64,000 bases of DNA from Syntrophales bacterium. GTDB taxonomy: Bacteria > Desulfobacterota > Syntrophia > Syntrophales > UBA2210. Both the position numbers and the translations under genes were made by a program. Positions 50,045-60,149 of this stretch are shown in pieces (the stretch's first letter is position 1; every line of letters starts with the position of its first letter). The DNA lies in contig CAXXKT010000001.1 in NCBI GenBank assembly GCA_963662405.2, forward strand, positions 2,304,001-2,368,000. Reading direction: 5' to 3'. The notes beneath the pieces were generated by a model that saw only the letters and a program-made list of their open reading frames with translations, made no database searches and was not told the DNA's origin.

Positions 50045-50360
50045 GGTTCAAGGTGGTCCAGGTGGTCCAAGCTGGTCCAACCTGACCTCCAAAAAAACCG
50101 TAATGATTTCGCGGCCCGGTCCAAGTGGTCCAAGTGGTCCAAGCTTTTTTGAAATATTGCACATGCGCGCGCACGCGCGCGCGCGCGTTGAGAACACTTC
50201 TTACAATTTTATAAATCTATTTTATAGAAAAGTACTTGGACCACTTGGACCAGTCAATAAAATCAAAAAGTTAGCTTGGACCATTTCGGTCCATTTCCGG
50301 TCCACTTTCCGAATAATCAAACAATATCAACTCGTTTCGCCAATTCCAGCTTGGACCACC
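50045..50360. repeat. iteron array, putative replication origin
   Basis: 8 GGTCCA and 4 TGGACC copies around an alternating purine-pyrimidine tract and an AT-rich block. Confidence 0.85.
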
Positions 50361-50429
50361 CGAATACTCAAGCGATATCAAAGCGTTTTAACGACTGCAG
50401 CCCGGATTTACCGGTTTATGGAGGAAATC

Positions 50430-50813
50430 ATGACGACTATTGACCTCAAAAAGTACCAATCACAGACGGAAAGAGAAGGATCACAGACAAGAGGATCTCG
50501 GACAAACGCATATCCGTCACCCTGGATGCACCGGCCAGCGGTGATGAGACTGGCGGAGTACCTGAAGATGAACCGGGAGGGAGGGTTTTCAATCTACCGG
50601 GAGATGAACGGCTTCCGCCTGCACTTCGAACCGGCCCTGACCGGGGACGACGTCGGCACCGCTCGGTGGACCGCCGCACAGAACCTGTGCGACCTCCTGG
50701 AGGAAGCTTGCTACGATCTGAACGAACTCATCTCCCGGGGTGATGTTCTTCCGTTCATCAAAGAGATCGAAACTCTCATCAAAACAGTGGAAGCTCGTGC
50801 GGGTCCTTCCTGA
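50430..50813 (+). CDS. hypothetical phage protein
   Basis: SD GGAGG before ATG 50430; the upstream part of the called ORF runs through the origin. Confidence 0.65.
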   Translation: MTTIDLKKYQSQTEREGSQTRGSRTNAYPSPWMHRPAVMRLAEYLKMNREGGFSIYREMNGFRLHFEPALTGDDVGTARWTAAQNLCDLLEEACYDLNELISRGDVLPFIKEIETLIKTVEARAGPS

Positions 50814-50846
50814 GGGAATTCTCGGATACGGAGACGGAGAACCCCG
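50801..50846 (+). other. lambda-like cos site (cosQ + cosN candidate)
   Basis: GGGTCCT, then 23 nt ending in TACG, matching the lambda spacing as recalled. Confidence 0.55.
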
Positions 50847-50893
50847 GCTCTTCACTACTTGTTGAATAAAAACTGCATGGAAAAACGGAACCG

Positions 50894-51325
50894 ATGGAAA
50901 TTAAAGCAAATAAAGAGAAATGCATAAGGCGAAACGTTTTTGTCCCGATCGATGTTGCCGCGTCATTTCAGGCGGGGTTTTTGGATGAGGATGTCTCCAG
51001 AACATGGATACTCGAGGCGATTCATGGAAGAGGACCCGTACTCTGTCCTGAATGTCGATGCGAGATTGAAGGAAAAGCGCTGCAGAGATTTTGGGAGGGG
51101 AAACGGGTGTGCTGTCGGCAATGCGGGAAGTTCTTTACAGCCCTCACGGGTTCCTTCCTGGCCGGGTGTCACATGACCTACAGCGAGGTCCTCCTTCTTG
51201 CCGTCTTTTTGCATTTCGGGATTTCCCCCCGGGAGATTGCCGGTATTTTGAGGATCAGCCCCGAGACGGTGAGGCTGTGGGATATCAAGTTCCGCGCCCT
51301 GGGAAAGATGAGGAAGATATCATGA
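50894..51325 (+). CDS. zinc-ribbon + HTH protein (IS1595 N-terminus-like, no DDE domain)
   Basis: CPEC...CRQC-KFFTALTGS, ISPREIAGILRISPETV. Confidence 0.7.
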   Translation: MEIKANKEKCIRRNVFVPIDVAASFQAGFLDEDVSRTWILEAIHGRGPVLCPECRCEIEGKALQRFWEGKRVCCRQCGKFFTALTGSFLAGCHMTYSEVLLLAVFLHFGISPREIAGILRISPETVRLWDIKFRALGKMRKIS

Positions 51326-52704
51326 GATTCACCACCATGAAACTGAGCGATCTGACAGCGGCAGACTACAACCCGCGTAAGGCATTGGGCAGCGGTGACC
51401 GGGAATACGAGAAGCTCCGCCGCTCGCTGGAAGAATTCGGCTGTGTGGATCCCCTGATCTGGAACGTGCGGACCGGGCGCCTCGTCGGCGGTCATCAGCG
51501 ATTGACCGTCATGCGGGACCTCGGCTGGACAGAGGCCGAAGTCTCCATTGTCGATCTTCCCGAAGAGAAGGAGAAAGCGCTCAATATCGCCCTCAACAAG
51601 ATCAGCGGCGAATGGGATCTCGACCGGCTCCGCGATCTGCTTGTCGAACTCGAGGCCGTGGAGATCGACGTCAGCCTCACCGGGTTCGATACGGAAGAGA
51701 TCGCGGAGATCATGCCGAGGGCGGAGGAGGCCGAGCTGCGGGAAGACGGGTTCGATGCCGAAACCGAGGTCTCGAAGATCACCGAACCGTTCACGCAACC
51801 GGGGGACCTCTACCTCCTGGGGCGGCACCGCCTCCTCTGCGGCGACAGCAGCGACGCCGGCGCGATGGCCATTCTGATGGAAGGACGTCTCGCCGATCTG
51901 GTCTGGACGGATCCCCCCTACAACGTCGACTATCACAACGACCGCGGGGAGGGCATTGAGAACGACAACCTTCCCCCGGCACTGTTCCGGGAGATGATCA
52001 CAGCCGCTTTCCGCAACATCTACACCCACACCCGGGAGGGCGGCTGCTTTTACGTCTCCCATTCCGACATCGGGGGGTTGGCCTTCCGGAGCGCCGTCAT
52101 CGAGGCGGGCTTCCTCCTCAAGCAGTGCCTGATCTGGGTCAAGAACGGCGCCGTTCTCGGCCGGCAGGACTACAACTGGAAGCACGAGCCCATCCTGTAC
52201 GGATGGAAGCCGGGGCGGACCCATTACTTCTGCATGGACTACTCACTGACGACCGTGATCGACGAGGAGGCGGACATCTCCCGGATGAAACGCGCGGAGC
52301 TCGTGGAACTGGTGAAGGAGATGCGGCGATGCGAGGCCGCCACCGTTCTGCGAGAGGACCGCCAATCCCGGAACCCCCTCCATCCCACGCAGAAACCCGT
52401 TCCCCTGGTGGGCAGGATGATCCGGAACAGCACGCCGAACAGCCCTGACATACTCGTCCTGGACGGGTTCGGCGGATCCGGAACGACCCTGATGGCGTGC
52501 GAGCAGATGGGACGTGTCTGCAACACGATGGAGAAGACACCCGTCTACTGCGACGTGATAGTGAAGCGGTGGGAACGGTTCACCGGGGAAAAGGCGGAAC
52601 TGGTACGCAACTCGGAAGGCCGTACGTCGATCTGTTCGGGTTTATTAAGTCCCGAAGAATGCAACCCTGAGAGGAGGTGCGATCCGATTACCATATCAAG
52701 ATGA
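51322..52704 (+). CDS. ParB-domain phage DNA methyltransferase (N4/N6 family)
   Basis: YNPR, VGGHQR, TDPPYN, HPTQKP, LDGFGGSGTT. Confidence 0.9.
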   Translation: MRFTTMKLSDLTAADYNPRKALGSGDREYEKLRRSLEEFGCVDPLIWNVRTGRLVGGHQRLTVMRDLGWTEAEVSIVDLPEEKEKALNIALNKISGEWDLDRLRDLLVELEAVEIDVSLTGFDTEEIAEIMPRAEEAELREDGFDAETEVSKITEPFTQPGDLYLLGRHRLLCGDSSDAGAMAILMEGRLADLVWTDPPYNVDYHNDRGEGIENDNLPPALFREMITAAFRNIYTHTREGGCFYVSHSDIGGLAFRSAVIEAGFLLKQCLIWVKNGAVLGRQDYNWKHEPILYGWKPGRTHYFCMDYSLTTVIDEEADISRMKRAELVELVKEMRRCEAATVLREDRQSRNPLHPTQKPVPLVGRMIRNSTPNSPDILVLDGFGGSGTTLMACEQMGRVCNTMEKTPVYCDVIVKRWERFTGEKAELVRNSEGRTSICSGLLSPEECNPERRCDPITISR

Positions 52705-52846
52705 CTAATGATTTTTATTGACGGTACAAAAGAAGAGTGGACGGTATTCCGGGAGCTGTAACTCCCGAAAACCTGTGCGACCACACAGGGCGCCGAAGCG
52801 CTACCATCCACATGAGCGCCGATACCACGAAAGGGGCCTCATGTAA

Positions 52847-53722
52847 ATGGTAAAAGGAAAAGAGAATCAGATCGTCGCTGATGACTGGAAGCGCGCGAGT
52901 AACGCGCAGCGCGCCTGGATGATCTGCCAGGCGATCTCGGACGGAATGATGGATCAGGAGAAGGTAAAAAAACTGCTTGAGGTTGCCGGCGAACAGGACC
53001 AGATCTCACTCAAGGTCCTGCACAACGCCGTCGTAAAATGCATCCGGGACTATCAGGCGGAATCCACCTCCGCCCGCCTCAACGACTGGCAGAAGGCGGA
53101 GTCCGCCCTGGAACAGCAACTGGTGGTCCTGTCCGAGAAATACCTTGGCCATTCTCCGACCCTTGCCAACACCCTGGCGGTGGCCGACTACCTCAGGGAT
53201 CAGGGGTGGAAGGTCAAAAAATCCGCCGTTTACAAGCACAAAAAGGAGGGGAAACTCCGATGCGAGGCCGACGGCACCTACCGGATCGACGAGGTCGACC
53301 GATATGCGCAGACCTATCTGAAGCGGGCCGACGGGAGCGCTTCAGAAAAACTCGAGAAGCTGCAGCAGGAGAAACTGCACGCGGAGATCGAAAAGACCAA
53401 GGCCCAGGCGCGGCACTGGACGATGAAGGCGGAGATGTTCACCGGCGCCTACGTGCCGAAGGACCTGTTCGAGGGAGAACTGGCGAAACGCGCCGCCGTC
53501 TTCCGGAACGACCTGGAGACCTTTGCGCGGGCCGAGGCTTCGGAGATCGTGAACCGCGCCGCCGGCAATGCCGACACGATATCCGATCTGATCGAATGGC
53601 TTCTCGGCCGTTTCGAATCGTTCCTGGCCCGCTACAGCGAGGAGAGAACATTCAAGGTTGTCCTGCCGCCGCCCAAACGGGGGGATGAATCAGGGGAAGA
53701 TGAGACGGAGGATGAAGAATGA
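52847..53722 (+). CDS. probable terminase small subunit
   Basis: Overlaps the terL start; central HTH-like segment plus coiled coil; start uncertain. Confidence 0.65.
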   Translation: MVKGKENQIVADDWKRASNAQRAWMICQAISDGMMDQEKVKKLLEVAGEQDQISLKVLHNAVVKCIRDYQAESTSARLNDWQKAESALEQQLVVLSEKYLGHSPTLANTLAVADYLRDQGWKVKKSAVYKHKKEGKLRCEADGTYRIDEVDRYAQTYLKRADGSASEKLEKLQQEKLHAEIEKTKAQARHWTMKAEMFTGAYVPKDLFEGELAKRAAVFRNDLETFARAEASEIVNRAAGNADTISDLIEWLLGRFESFLARYSEERTFKVVLPPPKRGDESGEDETEDEE

Positions 53723-55629
53723 ACACGGCTCCTGATCTAAAAAGCCAAGACTCACTCACCTTCACCCCGGGAGAGAGGCGCGTCTTCCGGCTCCGGGAAC
53801 GCCTGGCCGTATCCGAGTGGGCCGAGCGGTACCGCATCGTCACGAACGGTCCTATGACCGGACTCTGGCAGAACACGACCACGCCCTACCTGGTCGGGCC
53901 CATGAACGCGATCAGTCAGCCCCATGTCAGGCGGATCATCCTCATGTTCGCGCCCCAGACGGGCAAGACACAGGTCGCCTTCAACGCCCTCTGCCAGTGG
54001 ATCGAGCAGGATCCCGGCCCCTGCATGTACATCATGCCCGACGAGAAGGTGACAAAGCGGATCGCCCGCCGGCGGATTCTCCCCATGTTCAGATCCACGT
54101 CCCGGATAGCCGAACTCCTGGGGCCCGGCGTTTCCGACACGACGACCCTGCATGTCAATTTCACGAACGGCATGGACTTCATGATGGCCTGGGCGACCAG
54201 CGCCGCCGAGATGTCCTCCGAATCGGTCCGCTACATGATCCGGGACGAGGTGGACAAGTATCCCGACTTCACCGGCAAGGAAGCCGATCCCATCGCACTC
54301 ACCGACCAGCGGCAGAACGCCTACCCCTTCACCAAAAAAACCATCGACCTGTCGACCCCGACGGACGAGAGCGGCTACATCGGCCCCATGATCGAGAGGG
54401 AGGCCGACGAACTGATGCGTTACTACGCGGTCTGCCCCGTCTGCAGGGCCCCCCAGGTGATGCACTTCGGACAGATCAACTGGCCGAAGACCTGCAACGA
54501 TCCCCGGGAGATCGTCCGCGGGCGCCTGGCCCACTATCAGTGTGAATCATGCGGGATGCTCTGGGACGATCATATGCGAAACAAGGCCGTCCTGAAGGGG
54601 CTCGAGAACCCTGATTCCTTCCACGGCTGGATCCCGGACAGTCCGGTGGAGCGCGCCCCGGTCATCGGGTTCCATCTACCGTCCTGGTACAGTCCCTTTG
54701 TCTCCCTGTCCTCTTGCGTTGCCGCCTACCTGCGCGGGATGGAAGACCCGTCGAAGATGATGGTCTACATCACCCAGCACAAGGCCGAGGTCTGGCGGGA
54801 GACGGTGGTCCCGAAAAAGGAAAGCGCCCTCCTCGAGGGCAGGACCGAACTTGCCGCCGGCATTGTCCCTAAAGACGCGGTCGCCCTGACCGCGGGTATC
54901 GACGTTCAGAAAAGCGGGTTCTGGTTCGTCGTCCGCGCCTGGGCCGACGACCTGACCTCCTGGCTGGTCCAGTACGGCTACCTGACAACATTCGACGACG
55001 TGGAGGACCTCGTCTTCAACACGCAATATCCTATCGAGGGAAAACCGACCGAGACGATGGGCATCTGGCGTGCCGGCATCGATACGGGGGGTGGCGTCAC
55101 GGAAGAGAACATCTGGACCCGTACCGAGGAGATCTACCAGTGGATACGAGATCAGCAACCGGGCCGCGCTTTCGGGACCAAGGGCGCAACCCACAAACAA
55201 ATAGGCCGGATCAGGGTGTCGCAGATCGACAAGCTGCCCCGATCGAACAAGCCAATTCCCGGCGGTCTGGAGCTGCGACTCCTCGACACCGACCAGTACA
55301 AGGCCCTGCTGCACTGGCGCATGGAACGGAAAGAAGGCGAGACACAGCGATTCCTGCTCAACACGGACACCGGTCTCGACTACGCGCGCCAGGTCCTGGC
55401 CGAAGAGTTCCGGCGGGACCGGAGAGGCAAGACCTACTGGAAACAGATCCGGAAGGACAACCACCTGCTCGACTGTGAAGTGATCGCGGCGGCATGCGCC
55501 GACAGCGAATGGTTGCCCTCGCTCAAGATGCTGGCAAGCTATCTGAGGCAACAGAAAGAACAGGCGTCCGTACCAGCGGCGCCACGGAAAGAACCGCAAG
55601 AGAAAAAGCCTAAATCACGGAGGTGGTAA
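53719..55629 (+). CDS. terminase large subunit, lambda GpA family
   Basis: PQTGKT, RDEVD, STPT, CxxC pairs, GIDVQ, NHLLDC. Confidence 0.93.
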   Translation: MNTAPDLKSQDSLTFTPGERRVFRLRERLAVSEWAERYRIVTNGPMTGLWQNTTTPYLVGPMNAISQPHVRRIILMFAPQTGKTQVAFNALCQWIEQDPGPCMYIMPDEKVTKRIARRRILPMFRSTSRIAELLGPGVSDTTTLHVNFTNGMDFMMAWATSAAEMSSESVRYMIRDEVDKYPDFTGKEADPIALTDQRQNAYPFTKKTIDLSTPTDESGYIGPMIEREADELMRYYAVCPVCRAPQVMHFGQINWPKTCNDPREIVRGRLAHYQCESCGMLWDDHMRNKAVLKGLENPDSFHGWIPDSPVERAPVIGFHLPSWYSPFVSLSSCVAAYLRGMEDPSKMMVYITQHKAEVWRETVVPKKESALLEGRTELAAGIVPKDAVALTAGIDVQKSGFWFVVRAWADDLTSWLVQYGYLTTFDDVEDLVFNTQYPIEGKPTETMGIWRAGIDTGGGVTEENIWTRTEEIYQWIRDQQPGRAFGTKGATHKQIGRIRVSQIDKLPRSNKPIPGGLELRLLDTDQYKALLHWRMERKEGETQRFLLNTDTGLDYARQVLAEEFRRDRRGKTYWKQIRKDNHLLDCEVIAAACADSEWLPSLKMLASYLRQQKEQASVPAAPRKEPQEKKPKSRRW

Positions 55630-55631
55630 GC

Positions 55632-55925
55632 ATGGCAAAATTGATAGGCATGAAGGCAATCCTGGATCATTTCAAGGGCGAGGTGGGGGAAGACAAGATC
55701 CGACAGTGGATCAAAGAGTACGGGTTCCCGGCCGTATCATCAACGGGAAAGCCCGGCGGGACGCTCCTGTCAGACTCCGACGCTGTGGATCAGTGGTATA
55801 TCTCCTATGTTCTGAAAGGCATTGTCCCCAAAGGGGCGGCCGAGATGATAACCGACCGGATCATGACACGGCCGGCGCGGGCAGTCCGCAAGAGGACCGC
55901 GAAGAAGACAACAACGAAAAAATGA
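55632..55925 (+). CDS. small DNA-binding (HTH-like) protein
   Basis: LIGMKAI...IRQWIKEYGFPA; basic tail. Confidence 0.6.
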   Translation: MAKLIGMKAILDHFKGEVGEDKIRQWIKEYGFPAVSSTGKPGGTLLSDSDAVDQWYISYVLKGIVPKGAAEMITDRIMTRPARAVRKRTAKKTTTKK

Positions 55926-56137
55926 GAGCGTGGGGGGGGGTGACACATTATTCCCACTCTTCGTGCGCACAAATAGCCTCCCTCATATGTCCCCTAGCCG
56001 GGCAATCGTGCCTGAACACATTACCACCTTTTCGGTGCCCTGTTCCGACCCCCCAAAGGGGCGGGATGGGGTGCCTGTCAAGAAAAAAATTCCCGAAAAT
56101 TGACTAAAAATCCCTCAGAATAGCCCCTATATTCCCG

Positions 56138-56193
56138 GAAATCCCCGGAGATCCGGGGATTTCGTATACCCCCCCTAAAACCGGCCTTATAAT
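56138..56193 (+). promoter_or_regulatory. candidate late promoter with palindromic site
   Basis: gaaatccccgga-ga-tccggggatttc at 56138-63, then TATAAT at 56188-93. Confidence 0.55.
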
Positions 56194-56281
56194 TGAACCA
56201 TTCATAATATTCCTCTTTTCGTTCGGGGCCGTCGTCGTACCCCTTCCGCGATGGCGGCCCTTCTATCAACCCGGAGGCATT

Positions 56282-56506
56282 ATGGCAACACAGGCAGACC
56301 TTACAGCGATCAATGCAGCCATTGCCGCTCTCAATGCGGGAGAGCGGGTCGATTCAATGACCATGTCGGACAAGACTTTTAGTTATGGCAAGGTCGACCT
56401 CTCTGATTTGCTCAAACAGAAAGCGGCGATTGAGGCCGAGCTGGGGTTGGCTGCCGGAACGTACAAACGCCGGACCTACTGCAAACAGATGGGGCGCGGG
56501 ATATGA
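56282..56506 (+). CDS. gpW-like head completion protein
   Basis: 74 aa between terminase and portal; AIAAL..G...SY..DL. Confidence 0.8.
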   Translation: MATQADLTAINAAIAALNAGERVDSMTMSDKTFSYGKVDLSDLLKQKAAIEAELGLAAGTYKRRTYCKQMGRGI

Positions 56507-58029
56507 ATTCTCTTGACAGGTTCATATCGTTTTTCTCCCCGTCCACTGCATACCGGCGGCAACTCTTCCGGGATGCCCTCAAGAAGCGCGAGACCTACGC
56601 AGCCGCGAAGACGACACGCCTTACCGGGAACTGGACCACGACATCCACAGCCGACGTAAATAATGTAATCTCCCTCTCCTCCCCGGCTGTCCGGGCGCGG
56701 GTCCGGCAACTCCTCCGGGATTTCCCCTACCTGGCGAGGGCCGCCAAGATCCTCGTGGACTACTCGGTCGGGACCGGGATCATCTATCAAAGCAAGGTCA
56801 AAGGATCAGACGGCAAGCTGGACAAGAAGGTGAACACTCGGATTGAGGACGCGGTAAAGTGGTGGATGGATGAAGCGGACGCGGCCGGGAAACTCCATTA
56901 CTACGAGATGATGCGGCTTGCCAAACGGCAAGACTGCGAGTCCGGCGAGTTCCTGCTTGTCAAAGCCATGCAGAAAGATCCTAACCGATACGTCCCCTAT
57001 GCTCTGCAGATGTACGAGGTGGACTGGCTGACGTCCCGTCAGGACACATACGGGTTATACGGGTTAGCGCGGAGCACAGACAGCACCAAGGAAGTCAGGC
57101 AGGGGATTGAGTACGACAACCAGACCGGGCGAGTGACCGGGTACTATTTTGCAGATCCCACCTATGGCGGTGACGTTACATATATTCCCGCTCAGCAAGT
57201 AGTGCATGGGTTCCAGACCTACCGGCCGGGACAGCTTCGGGGAATCTCCGATTTTGCGCCCGGCGTGATTCTGGCGAACGATCTGGCCGAGTACATGGAC
57301 GCGGAGATTGACGGCGCGAAGATGGCGGCCAAGTGGGTTGCATTCGTCAAAACCAAGACCCCGCAGGCTTTGCAGAGTGGATTGCCGTACAGTCAGGTGA
57401 CGGCCGGAGGGGACACCCAAGAAAAAATCGAAGAGCTGGCGAACGGGATCATCGAATACCTCCGCCCTGATGAAGATATCGAGCTTGCCAGCGCCAACCG
57501 TCCGGGACAGACCTTTCAGCCGTTCGTCCGGCTTCTCCTCACCATGCTTGCCGTGACGACAGGCGTACCTTTTGAACTTATTTCCGGTGAGTATACCGGC
57601 CTGAATTTCTCCACGGCCAAGATCGTCAGGAATGACTTTGCACAGCAACTCCGCCCCATATCGATGCAGCATATCAGACAATTTGGAATGCCGACGATAG
57701 GACCGGCCATTGATTACGCGGTCATGTCCGGGAAACTGTATCTCCCGAACTACTGGAAGAACAGGCGGCGGTACCTGGAGGGTGAATGGCAACCGCCGGG
57801 CATGGATGCGGTTGATCCGTTGCGGGAAGCGAAATCACAGATCGAGGCCATATCCTTCGGGCTCAAATCGCGGCAACAGGTAGCGCGGGAGCGCGGGGTG
57901 GATCTTGAAGACATCTACAAAGACCAGCGGGCCGATCTCGATATGCAAGAGGAATACGGCCTTAATCTGACGGCCGCAAAAACAAACGCCGCGAACAATC
58001 CGGCGGCAGTCAACAAAGAGGGGGATTGA
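56503..58029 (+). CDS. portal protein, lambda family
   Basis: RPGQLRGIS, NFST, VDPLRE. Confidence 0.93.
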   Translation: MNSLDRFISFFSPSTAYRRQLFRDALKKRETYAAAKTTRLTGNWTTTSTADVNNVISLSSPAVRARVRQLLRDFPYLARAAKILVDYSVGTGIIYQSKVKGSDGKLDKKVNTRIEDAVKWWMDEADAAGKLHYYEMMRLAKRQDCESGEFLLVKAMQKDPNRYVPYALQMYEVDWLTSRQDTYGLYGLARSTDSTKEVRQGIEYDNQTGRVTGYYFADPTYGGDVTYIPAQQVVHGFQTYRPGQLRGISDFAPGVILANDLAEYMDAEIDGAKMAAKWVAFVKTKTPQALQSGLPYSQVTAGGDTQEKIEELANGIIEYLRPDEDIELASANRPGQTFQPFVRLLLTMLAVTTGVPFELISGEYTGLNFSTAKIVRNDFAQQLRPISMQHIRQFGMPTIGPAIDYAVMSGKLYLPNYWKNRRRYLEGEWQPPGMDAVDPLREAKSQIEAISFGLKSRQQVARERGVDLEDIYKDQRADLDMQEEYGLNLTAAKTNAANNPAAVNKEGD

Positions 58030-58031
58030 TC

Positions 58032-60080
58032 ATGCTTATACGAGCAAAGACGGAAAACCGTGATCTTGTCTATCGGACAGCACCCGTGAATGTTCGCGCC
58101 GACGGTCCGGCAACCATAGACGAGGAAACCCGATCGGTGGAGGTCGTACTGGCAACCGAACAGCCGGTCGCCGTGTATGACTGGGACCATGGGGTCATCG
58201 ATGAAGTGCTCCTGATGAGCGGGGCGCAGATCCCGGCAAAGAGAAAGCTTGTGATGCTGGACGCGCATAGTCGGTATGCCACGGGGGACATTATAGGGTC
58301 CGCCCGCGAGATCACAACCGAGGGGGAGGAGATGGTCGGCCGTGCCGTGTTTTCGGCGGAAGCCGAGAGCCAGTGGGTCAAGGTCAAAGAGGGGCACCTG
58401 ACGGACTTCTCGATCGGGTACCGGGTCAATACGTCCGTATGGGTGCCGGAGAACCAAGAGCAGAAGATTGCGGGCCGGATATTCAAGGGTCCGCTTCGTG
58501 TTGTTACCAAGTGGACGCCTCGGGAACTCTCGGCGGTCCCGATAGGGGCTGATGAGTTGGCGAAGACCCGATCAACCCACGAACAAACAATTGATGAGGA
58601 GGTCAATGAAATGGATGCAAAATTGAGAGCATTCCTGGAGAGGAGCGGGCTGTCCCCGGAAGCGACAGAGGCGGAAGCTTGGGAGTTTCTGGAGAGTCGG
58701 GGGCTTGCAGAGCCCGAAGGACAGGACACCGAAGGCAATCAGCCGGAAGGTGAGAAGGCTGATGAGGCCAAGATCAACGCGGCACGGGCGGCGGCAACCG
58801 GAGCCGAACGGACGCGGATCAATGAGATTGACGCGCTCTGTGCAAGGGCTGAGATGCCGGATGAGGCACGGGCTCTCATACTGGACGGTACCAGTGTGGC
58901 GGATGCTCAGCGCAAGATCATGGACAAGATTATTGAGAAGTCCAAGAATCCCGGCGCGTCGGGCATTGTCCTGGGGATGGAGGACGTGGACAAGTTCCGG
59001 GCCGCTGCAACTGACAGCCTGTATCTGAGGGCGGGTCTGGAGATTAAGACCCCGGTTGCCGGTGCCGAAGACCTGCGCGGGTACACCCTTGTAGAGTTGG
59101 CGCGTGAATGTCTCCGCATGGCGGGACGGCCGTACTCCGGCCATGTCAAGGAGATGGTGGGGCGCGCCCTGACAAGCTCCGATTTCCCGAACATCCTCGC
59201 CAATCTCGCCACCAAGTCCATGCAGGAGGCGTGGGACGGGTCTCCTGAAACATGGCCGGTATGGTGCGGGGTTGGGTCCGTTTCGGATTTCAAGACCTAC
59301 TACGACAATGCTCTGAGTGAGCATGATGATCTCGAAGAGGTCCCGGACAGCGGAGAGGTCAAATATGGCAAATTCACCGAGAAAGATCCCGAGACCTACA
59401 AGGCGGCAACCTACGCCAAGAAATTCCGTTTCACGCGCGTGATGATCATTAATGATGATCTCGGAGCTTTCACGGAACTGCCCACCAAGAGAACGGAAGC
59501 AGCGGCGCGAAAGGTCGGAGATGTTGCGTATGCAGTCCTGACAGCAAACGGGACGATGGGAGACGGTGAGACCATCTTCTCCGATGCTCACGCGAATCAG
59601 GCGGCCTCGGGTTACATGGCGGGTCCCGGCGTATCCAACATCGGTGAGGGTATCCGTGCAATGGGTGTCCAGAAGGACATTGCCGGTCTCCGGCGTCTCA
59701 ATATACGGCCTCAATTCTTTCTCGGACCGAAGGCCCTTGAAGGGGCGGCGGAAGTCTTCTTCCGGTCCGAAAAATTCGCGGATTCCGATACGGTGGCCAC
59801 GGATTCGTCACTGGCCGCAACCCGCGCGAATCCCTACAGCGGGAACTATTTTACCCGTGTCTATGAGCCGCGCCTGGACGACAACGACGAGGCGGCCTGG
59901 TACCTCGCCGGTCCGAAGGGAAAAACGATCAAGGTCGTGTTCCTGAACGGCCGACAGGGTCCGAACCTTGAGGTGCTGCAGCCCGGATTCTCCATCGAGG
60001 GGATCGAGTACCTGGTCAGCATTGATGTGGGGGCGTACGCGGTCGATTATCGCGGCCTGTACTACAACGCCGGTGAGTAG
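58032..60080 (+). CDS. prohead protease-major capsid protein fusion
   Basis: LDAH, FSIGY, ELSAVPIGAD protease; acidic linker; capsid part SSDFP, SDFK, DYRG. Confidence 0.88.
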   Translation: MLIRAKTENRDLVYRTAPVNVRADGPATIDEETRSVEVVLATEQPVAVYDWDHGVIDEVLLMSGAQIPAKRKLVMLDAHSRYATGDIIGSAREITTEGEEMVGRAVFSAEAESQWVKVKEGHLTDFSIGYRVNTSVWVPENQEQKIAGRIFKGPLRVVTKWTPRELSAVPIGADELAKTRSTHEQTIDEEVNEMDAKLRAFLERSGLSPEATEAEAWEFLESRGLAEPEGQDTEGNQPEGEKADEAKINAARAAATGAERTRINEIDALCARAEMPDEARALILDGTSVADAQRKIMDKIIEKSKNPGASGIVLGMEDVDKFRAAATDSLYLRAGLEIKTPVAGAEDLRGYTLVELARECLRMAGRPYSGHVKEMVGRALTSSDFPNILANLATKSMQEAWDGSPETWPVWCGVGSVSDFKTYYDNALSEHDDLEEVPDSGEVKYGKFTEKDPETYKAATYAKKFRFTRVMIINDDLGAFTELPTKRTEAAARKVGDVAYAVLTANGTMGDGETIFSDAHANQAASGYMAGPGVSNIGEGIRAMGVQKDIAGLRRLNIRPQFFLGPKALEGAAEVFFRSEKFADSDTVATDSSLAATRANPYSGNYFTRVYEPRLDDNDEAAWYLAGPKGKTIKVVFLNGRQGPNLEVLQPGFSIEGIEYLVSIDVGAYAVDYRGLYYNAGE

Positions 60081-60149
60081 TCCCACGGAACGGGTCATAA
60101 CCGAAAACCGACAGGGTGAACCCTGTCACACGATATAAGGAGGCAAGCC

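Noticed and set aside
50045..50360. CRISPR array
   Set aside because: Repeat units are 6-11 bp, occur in both orientations and have no spacers; no cas genes are present
49938..50429. N-terminal part of the 291-aa ORF (GPSGPS and RAHARAR repeats)
   Set aside because: These are translations of the iteron and CG tracts; a better SD/ATG exists at 50430
58032..60080. Protease-capsid fusion as a novelty
   Set aside because: A known arrangement in lambda-portal phages
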